Shown here: positions 51,177 through 62,878 of the stretch, piece after piece | How the letters are laid out: each line of letters begins with the position of its first letter | Numbering within the stretch: the first letter of the stretch is position 1 | DNA from: an uncultured Planctomycetia bacterium | Lineage (GTDB): Bacteria > Planctomycetota > MHYJ01 > WSZJ01 | DNA: 64,000 bases | Assembly (NCBI GenBank): GCA_963706735.1 | Contig: CAVPNQ010000116.1 | Coordinates: 2,704-66,703 of the forward strand | Direction of reading: 5' to 3' | Made by a program: the position numbers and the translations under genes | Notes under the pieces: generated by a model | Told to the model about the DNA's origin: nothing | Seen by the model: the letters and a program-made list of their open reading frames with translations, nothing else | Database searches by the model: none

Positions 51177-53510
51177 CTACGCGCGGAACGTCACGACGAG
51201 CACTCCGCCGCCGCCTTCGTCGGGTTTCCCTGTGCGGAAATGGGAGACCTGGGGGTGACGGCGCAGGAACTCGGCGGAGACCTGCGCGAGGGCGCCGGTG
51301 CCGAAACCGTGGATGACGCGGACGGACTCGCATCCGGCGCGCAGACAGGTTTCGATTTCGCGGCCGAGAGTGCGCTGGGCCTCCTCGGCGCGGAGGCCGC
51401 GGAGATCGATTTCGCGCGGGGCGGCGGGGGTCGATTTCGGCGCCGCCGGCCCGCGGGGTTCGGGGCGCTGGACGACGCCGCGGACGATGTCCTCGAATGC
51501 CACTTCGATCTGCATGCCGCCGCAGGAGACCGTCGCGCGGTTCTTCCCGGCGCGCACGGCGACCACCGTGCCGTCCTGGCCGAGCGACCGCAGGTGCACG
51601 GCGAGCCCGGGCCGGACGTCCTCCGGCGCAAGCGGCGTCCCCGGGAGCTCCAGCGAGTGCGCCTTCGCGGCCATCGCGCGATGCGCCGTGTCGAGCCGCC
51701 GCTGCGCCTCCCTCGGTTTCACCTTCTGCGCCCGCACGTCGTCCATCGTCGCCTGCACTTCCGCACGCGCCCTTCCCACCAGCTCCGCCGCTTCTCTCGC
51801 CGCCGCCTGCATCGCGAGGCGCTTCTCCTCCACCGCGTCCTGGATCTTCTTCTTCGCACGCCCCTCGGCGACCTCGGCATCCGCTCGGGCCTGCTGCATG
51901 GCCGCCCGGTCGCGCTCCGCCTCGTCCCGCGCGGCCGTCAGGCCCCCGATCGCCTTCTCGAGAAGCAACTCCCGGCCGCCTACGAACGCCTCCGCCCGCG
52001 CCACGACGTCCTCCCGAAGCCCCTGCCGCCGCGCGATCGCAAACGCATTCGACTGGCCGGGAATGCCGATCGTCAGCGTGTACATCGGACGAAGCGACTG
52101 CACGTCAAACAGCACCGACCCGTTGACGACGCCCGGCGTCGTCGCCGCAAACGTCTTGATGTCCCCCAGGTGCGTCGTCGCCATCACCTTCGCGCCGGAG
52201 GCCTGAAGCGCTTCCAGGATCGCACAGCCGAGCGCGCCGCCCTCGGAGGGGTCGGTGCCGGCGCCGAGTTCGTCGAGGAGGACGAGCGTCGTCGCGTTGG
52301 CGGCGGGGAGAAGCTCGGTGATGCGTTTCAGGTGCGCCGAGAATGTCGAGAGCGACTGCTCGATCGACTGCTCGTCGCCGATGTCCGCGCAGACGTTCGT
52401 GAAGAAACCGACGCGAGCGCCGATTTTCGCTGGGATGTGCAGGCCGGAGAGGGCCATGACGTGCAGCAGCCCGACCGTCTTCAGCGCGACCGTCTTGCCG
52501 CCCGTGTTCGGCCCCGTGATGACGAGGATCTGGAAGTCCTCGCCCAGCCGCACGTCGATCGGCACCGCGTCGATCCCCTTGAACTGCAGCGCCGGGTGCC
52601 GCGCGCCGTCGAGCCGCACGCGGCACTTCTCGTCGATCTCCGCGCGGACGCAGTTCCAGCGTTCGGCGAAGCGCGCCCGTGCGGCGGCGAGGTCGAGGGC
52701 GGCGAGGGCGCGCTGGTTGGCCTCGATCGCGGGGAGGATCGTGCGGACGATGTCGGAGAGCGCCGTCAGGATCCGCCGGATCTCAGAGCGCTCCGTCGCG
52801 CGGCACTCCGCCAGCTGGTTTCCGTCCTCCACGACCGCCGTCGGCTCCACGTAAACCGTCACCCCCGAGTCGCTCGCGTCGTGCACTATCCCCGGCACGT
52901 TCGTCCGCGCCCCCGCCTTCACCGGGATCACGAACCGCCCGTTCCTCACCGTCATGAACGTGTCCTGCAGCCACGTCCGCGACCCGCTGATCACGTCCTC
53001 CAGCCGCCGCCGGATCCGCTCCTCCAGCTTCCCGATCTTCTTCCGCACGTCCGCCAGCTCCGGGCTCGCGTCGTCCGCCACCGCCCCCGACTCGTCGAAC
53101 GCCTTGCTGATCCGGTGCTCCGCGTCCCCCTCCGCCTTCACCGTCCCCACGATGACGTCCAGCTTGGGGTGCTCCCATGCAATCCGCCCCGACCAGGAGA
53201 GGACGGCGCGCGCCGCCCGCAATGAAGCGGCGATCGCGAGCAGCTCCTGCGGGTCCAGCGGATGCCCTTCAATCCGCGCCGCGACAAGCACCTTCGAGAG
53301 GTCCGTCAGCCCGTCAACCGGAGGCCGCCCTTCTTCCGCCGCAGCCCGCCGCATCTCCATCGTCTCGTCCTGCAGCCAGCGCACCGCGTCCGGGTCTCCG
53401 AGGGGCTGAAGCCCCAGCGCCGCCTTGCGGCCGGGGTCCGTAAAGGCCTCGTCGGCGAGTTTGCGCCGGACGACGTCGAATTCGAGGGCGGTGAGGGTGT
53501 GGGTGTCCAT
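51177..53510 (-). CDS. mutS2: endonuclease MutS2 (MutS domain V ATPase plus C-terminal Smr)
   Basis: The Walker A motif ITGPNTGGKTV, LLDELGAGTDP, a coiled-coil region, and the Smr tail IDLRGLRAEEA...VRVIHGFGTGAL are present. Confidence 0.9.
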   Translation of the reverse strand: MDTHTLTALEFDVVRRKLADEAFTDPGRKAALGLQPLGDPDAVRWLQDETMEMRRAAAEEGRPPVDGLTDLSKVLVAARIEGHPLDPQELLAIAASLRAARAVLSWSGRIAWEHPKLDVIVGTVKAEGDAEHRISKAFDESGAVADDASPELADVRKKIGKLEERIRRRLEDVISGSRTWLQDTFMTVRNGRFVIPVKAGARTNVPGIVHDASDSGVTVYVEPTAVVEDGNQLAECRATERSEIRRILTALSDIVRTILPAIEANQRALAALDLAAARARFAERWNCVRAEIDEKCRVRLDGARHPALQFKGIDAVPIDVRLGEDFQILVITGPNTGGKTVALKTVGLLHVMALSGLHIPAKIGARVGFFTNVCADIGDEQSIEQSLSTFSAHLKRITELLPAANATTLVLLDELGAGTDPSEGGALGCAILEALQASGAKVMATTHLGDIKTFAATTPGVVNGSVLFDVQSLRPMYTLTIGIPGQSNAFAIARRQGLREDVVARAEAFVGGRELLLEKAIGGLTAARDEAERDRAAMQQARADAEVAEGRAKKKIQDAVEEKRLAMQAAAREAAELVGRARAEVQATMDDVRAQKVKPREAQRRLDTAHRAMAAKAHSLELPGTPLAPEDVRPGLAVHLRSLGQDGTVVAVRAGKNRATVSCGGMQIEVAFEDIVRGVVQRPEPRGPAAPKSTPAAPREIDLRGLRAEEAQRTLGREIETCLRAGCESVRVIHGFGTGALAQVSAEFLRRHPQVSHFRTGKPDEGGGGVLVVTFRA

Positions 53511-53619
53511 GATGTGGGCTGTGGGCGGTTGGCTGTGGGCAGGACATGCTAACAACGGGGGAAGAAGTGGGGTTCACGGAGTTTCCTGGGCCCGCCCCGG
53601 ATGCGATACTCAGGCCCCG

Positions 53620-54108
53620 ATGACTCAAAGCTCAGGACACCGACCCTCCCGATTGAGACTTTCCCTCGTTCTGCTGGTGCCCGGTATTGGCTTGCTCTGG
53701 CCAGGTTGCACATGGGTATCTGAGCCTCAGGCCAATGTCCGTCCGTCCAGGACTGAATTCGGCCCACTGGAGGCAGGAGTCGGCGAAGTCTGGGACGCTC
53801 TGCGCGCCACAGTGTTGGAGATGGGATTTACGTTCTGCAAAGTGAGCCGGGAGAGGTGTTACCTCGAAACGCATTGGAATTCCTCGATGGGCGGCGATAG
53901 TCGCGCCGGCGACAGGCGCTACCGCGCGACGATGGAATTGAAGGATGCGGGTGATGGCCGCACGACTCTTTGGCTCCTTGTGGAGGCGGAACTGAACGCA
54001 GGCGCGGTCACCGGGGACGCTGCGGAGCCCGACTGGCAAGACGATGGCCAGGACTCGGATCTCGAATATGAGATCGTTTATCGGACGCGAAAGAAGCTCG
54101 GCAGGTAG
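53620..54108 (+). CDS. hypothetical lipoprotein
   Basis: LVPGIGLLWPGC lipobox-like N-terminus. The local GC content is lower than in the surrounding sequence. Confidence 0.5.
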   Translation: MTQSSGHRPSRLRLSLVLLVPGIGLLWPGCTWVSEPQANVRPSRTEFGPLEAGVGEVWDALRATVLEMGFTFCKVSRERCYLETHWNSSMGGDSRAGDRRYRATMELKDAGDGRTTLWLLVEAELNAGAVTGDAAEPDWQDDGQDSDLEYEIVYRTRKKLGR

Positions 54109-54181
54109 CGTTTCCCCGCAAGAGAGGGACAACCGGGCAGGTCGATTTGGTCCAAGGGCCTGCCGGCGCAGTGGCTCTGAC

Positions 54182-54976
54182 TCACTTCCACGTTTTCAGA
54201 TACTGCCCGACCCATTTCCGCGCTTCCCCGATCCACCGGTCCATTTCCGCGGGGTCGCGCGCGTCGCTGATCGGGGACTTGATGCCGGACTTCGTCAGAT
54301 CCTCCCACGAGACGACGAGTTCCTGGCAAACCTGGTCGCGCTTTCCCGAGGCCGGAAGGGTCCGGCATTTCTCAATCGCCTCGAGGACGACCTTCGGCAT
54401 CTGGGCGCCGCGGGTCTGGCGGCAGCGCACGGAGCCGAGCGCGATCACGTCGATGTCCGAGGAGGCAACAAGCCCGGCGATTCCAGAGGCGCCAAAAGCG
54501 CCCATGAGGGCGAGGCCGTCCGCCCAGGCCTCGAGGCGCTTCAGCCTCTCCTCCCGGCCCTTCGCGTCCTTGGGCTTCAGGTTCTCGACCTGCCTGCGCA
54601 GCGCCAGCGCCTCATCCCCCAGGAATATCGCGGCCAGCGCGTGGTCCTGCGTTTCCGCCAGCGCCGTCGCCGCTGCGGCAGAGACACCGAGGTCCGTGTC
54701 GGCCAGGTAAGCGGCAAGCACCTTGAAATACGTGTTGGGCCGGCAATTCGTGTGCGCGGCCACCTCGCGCCCGAACGCGAGAATCGCTTCCTTGCGGTTC
54801 GCCGCGTTCCCGTCCCGGGAGGCCTTCCTCAGTTCCTCCCCCGCGGCCTTGTGGGAAGGGGCGTGGAGGTCGCAGAGCTTTTCCTTTGTACAGATCGCGC
54901 AGTCGTCGGCTTGGACCAAAGCGCACGCCAGCAGGAGCCATGTGGCGATGGAGACGATGCGGAAGACTCGATTCAT
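54182..54976 (-). CDS. secreted hypothetical protein (helical repeat-like)
   Basis: Signal peptide MNRVFRIVSIATWLLLACALVQA. No motif was recognised. Confidence 0.55.
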   Translation of the reverse strand: MNRVFRIVSIATWLLLACALVQADDCAICTKEKLCDLHAPSHKAAGEELRKASRDGNAANRKEAILAFGREVAAHTNCRPNTYFKVLAAYLADTDLGVSAAAATALAETQDHALAAIFLGDEALALRRQVENLKPKDAKGREERLKRLEAWADGLALMGAFGASGIAGLVASSDIDVIALGSVRCRQTRGAQMPKVVLEAIEKCRTLPASGKRDQVCQELVVSWEDLTKSGIKSPISDARDPAEMDRWIGEARKWVGQYLKTWK

Positions 54977-55057
54977 GAAGGCAGACCTCCTGTGCTGGCC
55001 GCGGACTCGCGATCGTAGCTGAAGAGCCCGGCAGAGTTCCTTCTGGAAAGGCCTGGA

Positions 55058-55993
55058 CTACCGCGACTTTCGCTTGCCGGTGTACTTCTGGACTTTCCCC
55101 GGTTCGACCTTGCTTTCCATCGTCCATTCGTAGGATTCGTCCTGCCACTTCCACCGAAACGTCATCCCGGCGGAGGGCTTCCCCATGGGGATTGCAAGTG
55201 CCAGGACTCCATCCTTGGCGATCCCGGACAGGGACGTGCCGTTCAGTTCGGTGTTCGTAAACAGGCGGCCGCTCCAATCGTGTCCCTCGCCGGCCGGCCA
55301 TGCGAAGAAGCGCATCCGGAGCTGGCCATCTTTGCGCTTCTGGACGATCCGCAGTTCGAACACCTCCCCGCCCAGGACGGCCCGCCCGTTTTGTGAGTCT
55401 TTGACGGCGTATGCCTTGTCGCCGTCGCTGCCGGAGAACCGGCCCAGGCCCAGCTCCACGTCGGCCAGGGACGCCGCCAGCTCGTACCCCGAATCCGGGT
55501 GGTCCACACTGGACCTTTTCGCCACTCCCGACGCCTTCACGGCGTTCCCCTTTGCGTCCCTCTCCTCGTACAGGTAGTCGTACGCGTCGTCGCCCTTCCT
55601 CGTGTACGCCAGCGATGGGCCGCCGGCCTTCCGCGGCGAGAGGTCGAACCCGGTGTCGGTCTCTTTCCAGTCCAGTTCGGCCGCGTGCACCGGCGGGCGC
55701 GCGATCATCCAGGCGTGGATGCCGTCCCTGTCGGCCCAGAAGACGATGCGATCCTCGTGAAGGACGTTCTTGTCGCCGTCCGTCACGATGGCGCGCTCGA
55801 TCAGCACGTGGCCGTCGAGGTCGGGCCAGTAGCGGATATCCTCGTGGCACTTCATCCCCGCGAGGTCGCCGTCCGCCTTCCAATTCCCGAGCAGCCATGC
55901 CAGGGGACGCAGCTCCTCGACGAGGTCCCTTCCCGTGTGGACGGGGTCGGCGAACGCGATGCCGGCGAGGAGCAAGGAGGCGAGGACTCGCAT
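55058..55993 (-). CDS. secreted hypothetical protein (two lipocalin/DUF1579-like halves, tentative)
   Basis: The start MRVLASLLLAGIAFA at 55993 lies inside a longer shadow ORF. The LGNWKADGD motif is present. Confidence 0.55.
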   Translation of the reverse strand: MRVLASLLLAGIAFADPVHTGRDLVEELRPLAWLLGNWKADGDLAGMKCHEDIRYWPDLDGHVLIERAIVTDGDKNVLHEDRIVFWADRDGIHAWMIARPPVHAAELDWKETDTGFDLSPRKAGGPSLAYTRKGDDAYDYLYEERDAKGNAVKASGVAKRSSVDHPDSGYELAASLADVELGLGRFSGSDGDKAYAVKDSQNGRAVLGGEVFELRIVQKRKDGQLRMRFFAWPAGEGHDWSGRLFTNTELNGTSLSGIAKDGVLALAIPMGKPSAGMTFRWKWQDESYEWTMESKVEPGKVQKYTGKRKSR

Positions 55994-56009
55994 GGGCGCC
56001 TTCAATCTC

Positions 56010-56053
56010 GGTGCAGGTGAAAACAAAACGGGCCGAAGGCGAGGTTTCCCCCG
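56010..56053 (-). terminator. rho-independent terminator after hppA
   Basis: On the minus strand, GGGCCGAAGGCG...CGCCTTCGGCCC is followed by GTTTTGTTTT. Confidence 0.7.
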
Positions 56054-56073
56054 CCTTCGGCCCGCGTGAGAGA

Positions 56074-58584
<2,511 letters not shown>

Positions 58585-58710
58585 TACTGCTCCTTTATTG
58601 GCTGGGAGTGCGTGGATCCCGGCGCCCCAAGGCCCGATCCGGGGCGAAATCCGGTGCAAACGGGGTGGTATCTCTAGCACATGGGCGCGTGGGCGGCAAC
58701 AGTCGGAACA

Positions 58711-58824
58711 TGGGCGCGCGAAAATCCCGCGGGCTCGGGCTTCGTCGGCCTGGTGGATGGTTGGGGGGCGGTTGTTCGTTGGAGGGCCGACTCCGCCCGG
58801 GCCCGCGGGATTTTCGCGCGCCCA
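58711..58824. repeat. 114-bp palindromic element homologous to 49416-49528
   Basis: TGGGCGCGCGAAAATCCCGCGGGCTCGGGC pairs with GCCCGGGCCCGCGGGATTTTCGCGCGCCCA. An inner GTCGGCC/GGCCGAC pair is also present. Confidence 0.8.
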
Positions 58825-58931
58825 CGGGGCCGATTGAGCGGGTTTCTCACTCTGGCGGGCGGAGCCGGGCCGCATGGGCAGGGACGCGCGGGAACTTGCC
58901 CCTGTGCGGGCTCCGGCCTTATGCTCCGGGG

Positions 58932-59414
58932 ATGAAAAAGATCCTTTTCCCCGGGGTTATCCTGGCGGTGCTCCTCGCGTCCTGGATGTACGTCGTCGGG
59001 TTCACGGGCTGGTACAAGCACCCCACGATGCAGGCGATGTTCTGGTTCGTCGTCCTGATCCAGATCGTCGTCCTGACGCTGGTCATCCGGCGCGCCGCCG
59101 GCGAAGGCGCGGGGTTCGTCGGGCGGTTCCTCCGCGGCGCAGGCACTTCCCTCGTCGCCTCCCCCCTCGTCTTCCTGAACTCGCTCCTGTTCACGCAGGT
59201 CGTGTTTCCGAAGTACTTTGACGAATTGCGCGCGGCGCACGAGTCGATGCTGCGGACGAAGGGAATATCCGAGACGGAGATCGCTGAGGCGCTGAAGGCC
59301 GCGGCGGCGATGGAGAACCCGTACCTGCAGGCGATGTTCGGGGCGATCGGCACGATCGTGACGGGGATCGTGGTGTCGCTCATCGCCTCGGCGATCGTGA
59401 AGAAGCGGGCCTAG
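58932..59414 (+). CDS. DUF4199-like small membrane protein
   Basis: Four hydrophobic helices. The start MKKILFPGVILAVLL is at 58932. Confidence 0.55.
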   Translation: MKKILFPGVILAVLLASWMYVVGFTGWYKHPTMQAMFWFVVLIQIVVLTLVIRRAAGEGAGFVGRFLRGAGTSLVASPLVFLNSLLFTQVVFPKYFDELRAAHESMLRTKGISETEIAEALKAAAAMENPYLQAMFGAIGTIVTGIVVSLIASAIVKKRA

Positions 59415-60310
59415 CACACGCCCGAACGCAGGGCGCGGTAGACCTTGCCCGGCGGCTCTTTCCTGAGCGCGAGGCCGATCGCACGCGAGGCGTCGGCGAG
59501 GCGGGCGAGGTCCACGCCGGTGCTCACGCCGCATTTCTCGAACGCGTAGACGAGATCTTCCGTCGCGGCGTTCCCCGCCGCTCCCGGCGCGTACGGGCAG
59601 CCGCCGAAGCCTCCCGCGCTGGAGTCGAAGCGGGTGCATCCCATCTGGGCGGCCTGGAAGGCGTTGGCGAGGGCGGCGCCGCGGGTGTCGTGGAAGTGGA
59701 GTGCGGTGCGGCCGATCGGGAATTTCAGCAGGGCGAGCACGGCCTCGACGCCGCGCGGCACGGCGACGCCGATGGTGTCCCCGAGGGAGATTTCGTCGCA
59801 GCCGAGGTCGGCAAGGCGGTGGGACGCCTCGACGGCCTTCGCCGGGGCGACATCTCCTTCGTAGGGGCACCCGAACACCGTCGAGACGTAGCCACGCACG
59901 AAGATCCCGTTCTTCCGGGCTTCCGCGACGACCGGCCGGAACGCGTCGAGCGAGCCCTCGAACGTCATGTTGATGTTCTTCCTGCAGAAGCTCTCGCTCG
60001 CCGCGGTGAACACGGCAATCCTGCGAACGCCGCAGGCCAGCGCGCGCTCGAGGCCCTTCAGGTTCGGCACCAGCGCCGAGTACACGACGCCCGGCCGCGG
60101 CTTCAGGCGGGCGAACACCTCCGCCGCGTCGGCCAGCTGGGGCACCCATTTGGGCGAGACGAAGCTCGACACCTCGATCTCGCGCAGCCCCGCGTCGGCG
60201 AGCGCCTCGACGAACGCGACCTTCGCGTCCACGCTCACGGTCTCCCGCTCGTTCTGGAGTCCGTCGCGAGGGCCGACTTCGATGAGGGTGATGGACGGGG
60301 GGAGGTTCAT
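59411..60310 (-). CDS. liuE: hydroxymethylglutaryl-CoA lyase
   Basis: EVGPRDGLQNE, FHDTRG and GGCPYAPGAAGN are present. Confidence 0.9.
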   Translation of the reverse strand: MNLPPSITLIEVGPRDGLQNERETVSVDAKVAFVEALADAGLREIEVSSFVSPKWVPQLADAAEVFARLKPRPGVVYSALVPNLKGLERALACGVRRIAVFTAASESFCRKNINMTFEGSLDAFRPVVAEARKNGIFVRGYVSTVFGCPYEGDVAPAKAVEASHRLADLGCDEISLGDTIGVAVPRGVEAVLALLKFPIGRTALHFHDTRGAALANAFQAAQMGCTRFDSSAGGFGGCPYAPGAAGNAATEDLVYAFEKCGVSTGVDLARLADASRAIGLALRKEPPGKVYRALRSGVC

Positions 60311-60354
60311 GGCGCTTCCATTGTAGAACCGAATTCCTCTTTCAGGCCGGCGGA

Positions 60355-60774
60355 CTACTTGACCTCGTCCAGCTCCGCCAGCACCTGCCCCATCTCCACG
60401 AGCGCCCCGTCCGTCACCTTGACGGCGCTCACGACGCCCCCGTGCGGCGCCGTCACGCGGTACTCCATCTTCATCGCCTCGACGATGACCAGCACCGCGC
60501 CGGCCTCCACCTTCTGCCCCGCCTTCGCGAGCACCTGCCGCACCTTCCCCGTCATCGGGCTCACGATCCCCTCGTGACCCTTAGCTGACTTCTTCCGCGC
60601 GCCGGCCTCCGCGGCCTCGAGCCGCCACGTCCGCCCGTCGCACCACGCCTCGATCCCCATCAGCGTCCGCGCCACGCGCACCCGCTTCCCGTTCACCAGC
60701 CACGAGCCGTCCTCGAGGCGCTTCGCCCCCGCGCCGTCCGCCTCGTACTCCGTCCCGCCGCAGCGGAATTTCAC
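60355..60774 (-). CDS. biotin carboxyl carrier (biotinyl/lipoyl) subunit, separate reading frame
   Basis: GGAGG lies 5 nt before the GTG at 60774. That GTG overlaps the TGA of the biotin carboxylase ORF (GTGA). The biotinylation motif EAMKME and a hammerhead-like C-terminus are present. Confidence 0.7.
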   Translation of the reverse strand: MKFRCGGTEYEADGAGAKRLEDGSWLVNGKRVRVARTLMGIEAWCDGRTWRLEAAEAGARKKSAKGHEGIVSPMTGKVRQVLAKAGQKVEAGAVLVIVEAMKMEYRVTAPHGGVVSAVKVTDGALVEMGQVLAELDEVK

Positions 60775-62237
60775 AGGTTCCTCCAGGCGTCGCGGGCGCG
60801 CCACGGGGAGTGGGGGTCGGGGTCGGAAGAGCCGCCGGAGGCCGCGCGCGCCGAAGGTTCGGAGGCGGCGACGGCGGCGAGGACTTCGGGGGGAGGCGGG
60901 GAGGAGGGGGGCTTCCAGGAGTGGAAGTGTTTCGCGAGGAAGTCGGTGGTGGCGTGGCCGCCGGCGAAGTCGGGGTGGGCGAGGATGGCGTCGAGGTAGG
61001 CGATGTTGGTGCGGACGCCGAGGATGGCGTACTCGCGGAGAGCGCGGCGGGCGGCGGCGATGGCGTCGGCGCGCGTGCGGCCTGTGGCGATGAGCTTGGC
61101 GAGCATCGGGTCGTAGTCGGGCGGCACGGCGGACCCGCGGCGGATGCCGGTGTCGATGCGGACGCCGCGCGGCTCGTCGTAGTCGAGCACGCGCCCCGGC
61201 GACGGCATGAACTCGTGCTCGGGGTCCTCGGCGTAGATGCGGACCTCGATCGCGTGGCCGCGGAAGGTGACGTCTTCCTGCTTGATGGGAAGCGGCTTTC
61301 CGGCGGCGACGTCGAGCTGGAGGCGGACGAGGTCGAGGCCGGTGACGGCCTCGGTGACGGGGTGTTCGACCTGGAGGCGCGCGTTGACTTCGAGGAAGTA
61401 GAATTTTCCGGCCGCGTCCACGATGAACTCGCACGTTCCCGCGTTCACGTAACCCGCGGCCTTCATGAGTGCGACGGCGGCCTTCCCCATCGCCGCGCGC
61501 GTGGCCGCCGGGATCGCGGGGCTGGGCGATTCCTCGACGACCTTCTGGTGCCGGCGCTGCACGCTGCAGTCGCGTTCGCCGAGGTGAAGAACAGTTCCGT
61601 GCCGGTCGGCGATGACCTGGATTTCCACGTGCCGCACCGGCTTCAGGTATTTCTCCAGCAGCAGGCGGTCGTCCTTGAACGCCCCCGCGGCCTCGCGCCG
61701 GCACGCGCCGATCGCGGCCTCGAGGTCCGCTTCCTTCTCGACGACGCGCATCCCCTTGCCGCCGCCCGCGCCGCTCGCCTTGACGAGCACGGGGAAGCCG
61801 ATCTTGACGGCCTCGGCCTTGAGGTGCGAATCCGACTGGTCCCCGCCGCTGCAGCCGGGAACCGTGGGGACCCCCGCCGCCTCCGCGACGTCCTTCCCCG
61901 ACATCTTGTCGCCGATCTTGCGGATCGCCGCCCCCGGCGGCCCGATCCAGATGAGCCCCGCCGCGGCGACCGCATCGGCGAAAACATGGCTCTCGCTCAG
62001 GAACCCGTACCCGGGATGGATCGCGTCCGCGCCGCACGACTTAGCCGTAGCGATCAACTCCGCCGCATCGAGGTAGCTCTTGATGAACACCGTCTCGTCC
62101 GCCGCAAACGCGTGCAGTCCTTCCCGGTCCGGTTCCGTCGCAACGGCCACCGATGCAATTCCCGCCTCGCGGCAGGCGCGAGCGACCCTGCAGGAGATCT
62201 CACCCCGGTTCGCGATCAGGACCTTCTTCACCCGCAA
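60771..62237 (-). CDS. liuD: biotin carboxylase component of an acyl-CoA (methylcrotonyl-CoA-type) carboxylase
   Basis: KVLIANRGEISCRV, HPGYGFLSE, the ATP-grasp motif GGGGKGMRVV and EVNARLQVEHPVTE are present. It ends in SPWRARDAWRNL. Confidence 0.9.
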   Translation of the reverse strand: MRVKKVLIANRGEISCRVARACREAGIASVAVATEPDREGLHAFAADETVFIKSYLDAAELIATAKSCGADAIHPGYGFLSESHVFADAVAAAGLIWIGPPGAAIRKIGDKMSGKDVAEAAGVPTVPGCSGGDQSDSHLKAEAVKIGFPVLVKASGAGGGKGMRVVEKEADLEAAIGACRREAAGAFKDDRLLLEKYLKPVRHVEIQVIADRHGTVLHLGERDCSVQRRHQKVVEESPSPAIPAATRAAMGKAAVALMKAAGYVNAGTCEFIVDAAGKFYFLEVNARLQVEHPVTEAVTGLDLVRLQLDVAAGKPLPIKQEDVTFRGHAIEVRIYAEDPEHEFMPSPGRVLDYDEPRGVRIDTGIRRGSAVPPDYDPMLAKLIATGRTRADAIAAARRALREYAILGVRTNIAYLDAILAHPDFAGGHATTDFLAKHFHSWKPPSSPPPPEVLAAVAASEPSARAASGGSSDPDPHSPWRARDAWRNL

Positions 62238-62297
62238 GCTCCTCGCAACCCGCCTTCGCCCCTGCGGGGCTACGGCGGGCAGGCCCGCAACTCGGCG

Positions 62298-62843
62298 TTA
62301 CAGTTCGACCTTCTCCGTCAGCCACTTCCATCCGCACCCCGTCGCTTCCTCCAGCACCTTCAGCAGCTCAGGGTTCGTGTCCCCGCCCTTCACCCCCACG
62401 AAACACACGAACGCCGTCGCCAGCGCCGTCGGGATCGCACACTGCATCTTCGACACGTCGATCACCGCCTTGCACTTGGGGCACTTCTGCCGGTCGTCTT
62501 CCTCGTCCGACTCGTTGAAGTCGACGATCGCCTCCACCACCATCACGTCCTCGAGCGGCGCGCTGCACGAGGGACACTTGCCGCCGTACTCGCTCGTGTC
62601 GCCGTCGGGAATGAAGTACGGGTTGCCGAAGTGCGCGCGGCAGTCCTCGAACGCGGGCTCCGGCGCGCCCTTGGTCACCTGCAGGCTGCGCTTGCCCGGG
62701 GAGAACCAGATTTCCCCTTCCTCGGCGCCTTCGCCGGTGGCGCTGATGACGTTCCGCGTGACGAGAACCGAAAGCGCTTTTTTCCACGCCGCGGCGTCGG
62801 CCGTGCGCCAGGTCGGGTACAGGAATAGATTCTTGTCGGACAT
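62298..62843 (-). CDS. hypothetical protein with CxxC...CxxC zinc-ribbon-like motifs
   Basis: The start MSDKNLFLYP is at 62843. CPSCSAPLE and CPKCKAVID are present. Confidence 0.6.
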   Translation of the reverse strand: MSDKNLFLYPTWRTADAAAWKKALSVLVTRNVISATGEGAEEGEIWFSPGKRSLQVTKGAPEPAFEDCRAHFGNPYFIPDGDTSEYGGKCPSCSAPLEDVMVVEAIVDFNESDEEDDRQKCPKCKAVIDVSKMQCAIPTALATAFVCFVGVKGGDTNPELLKVLEEATGCGWKWLTEKVEL

Positions 62844-62878
62844 CCGGGGCTCCGATCGGAAACGGGTTGCGGGAAGAG

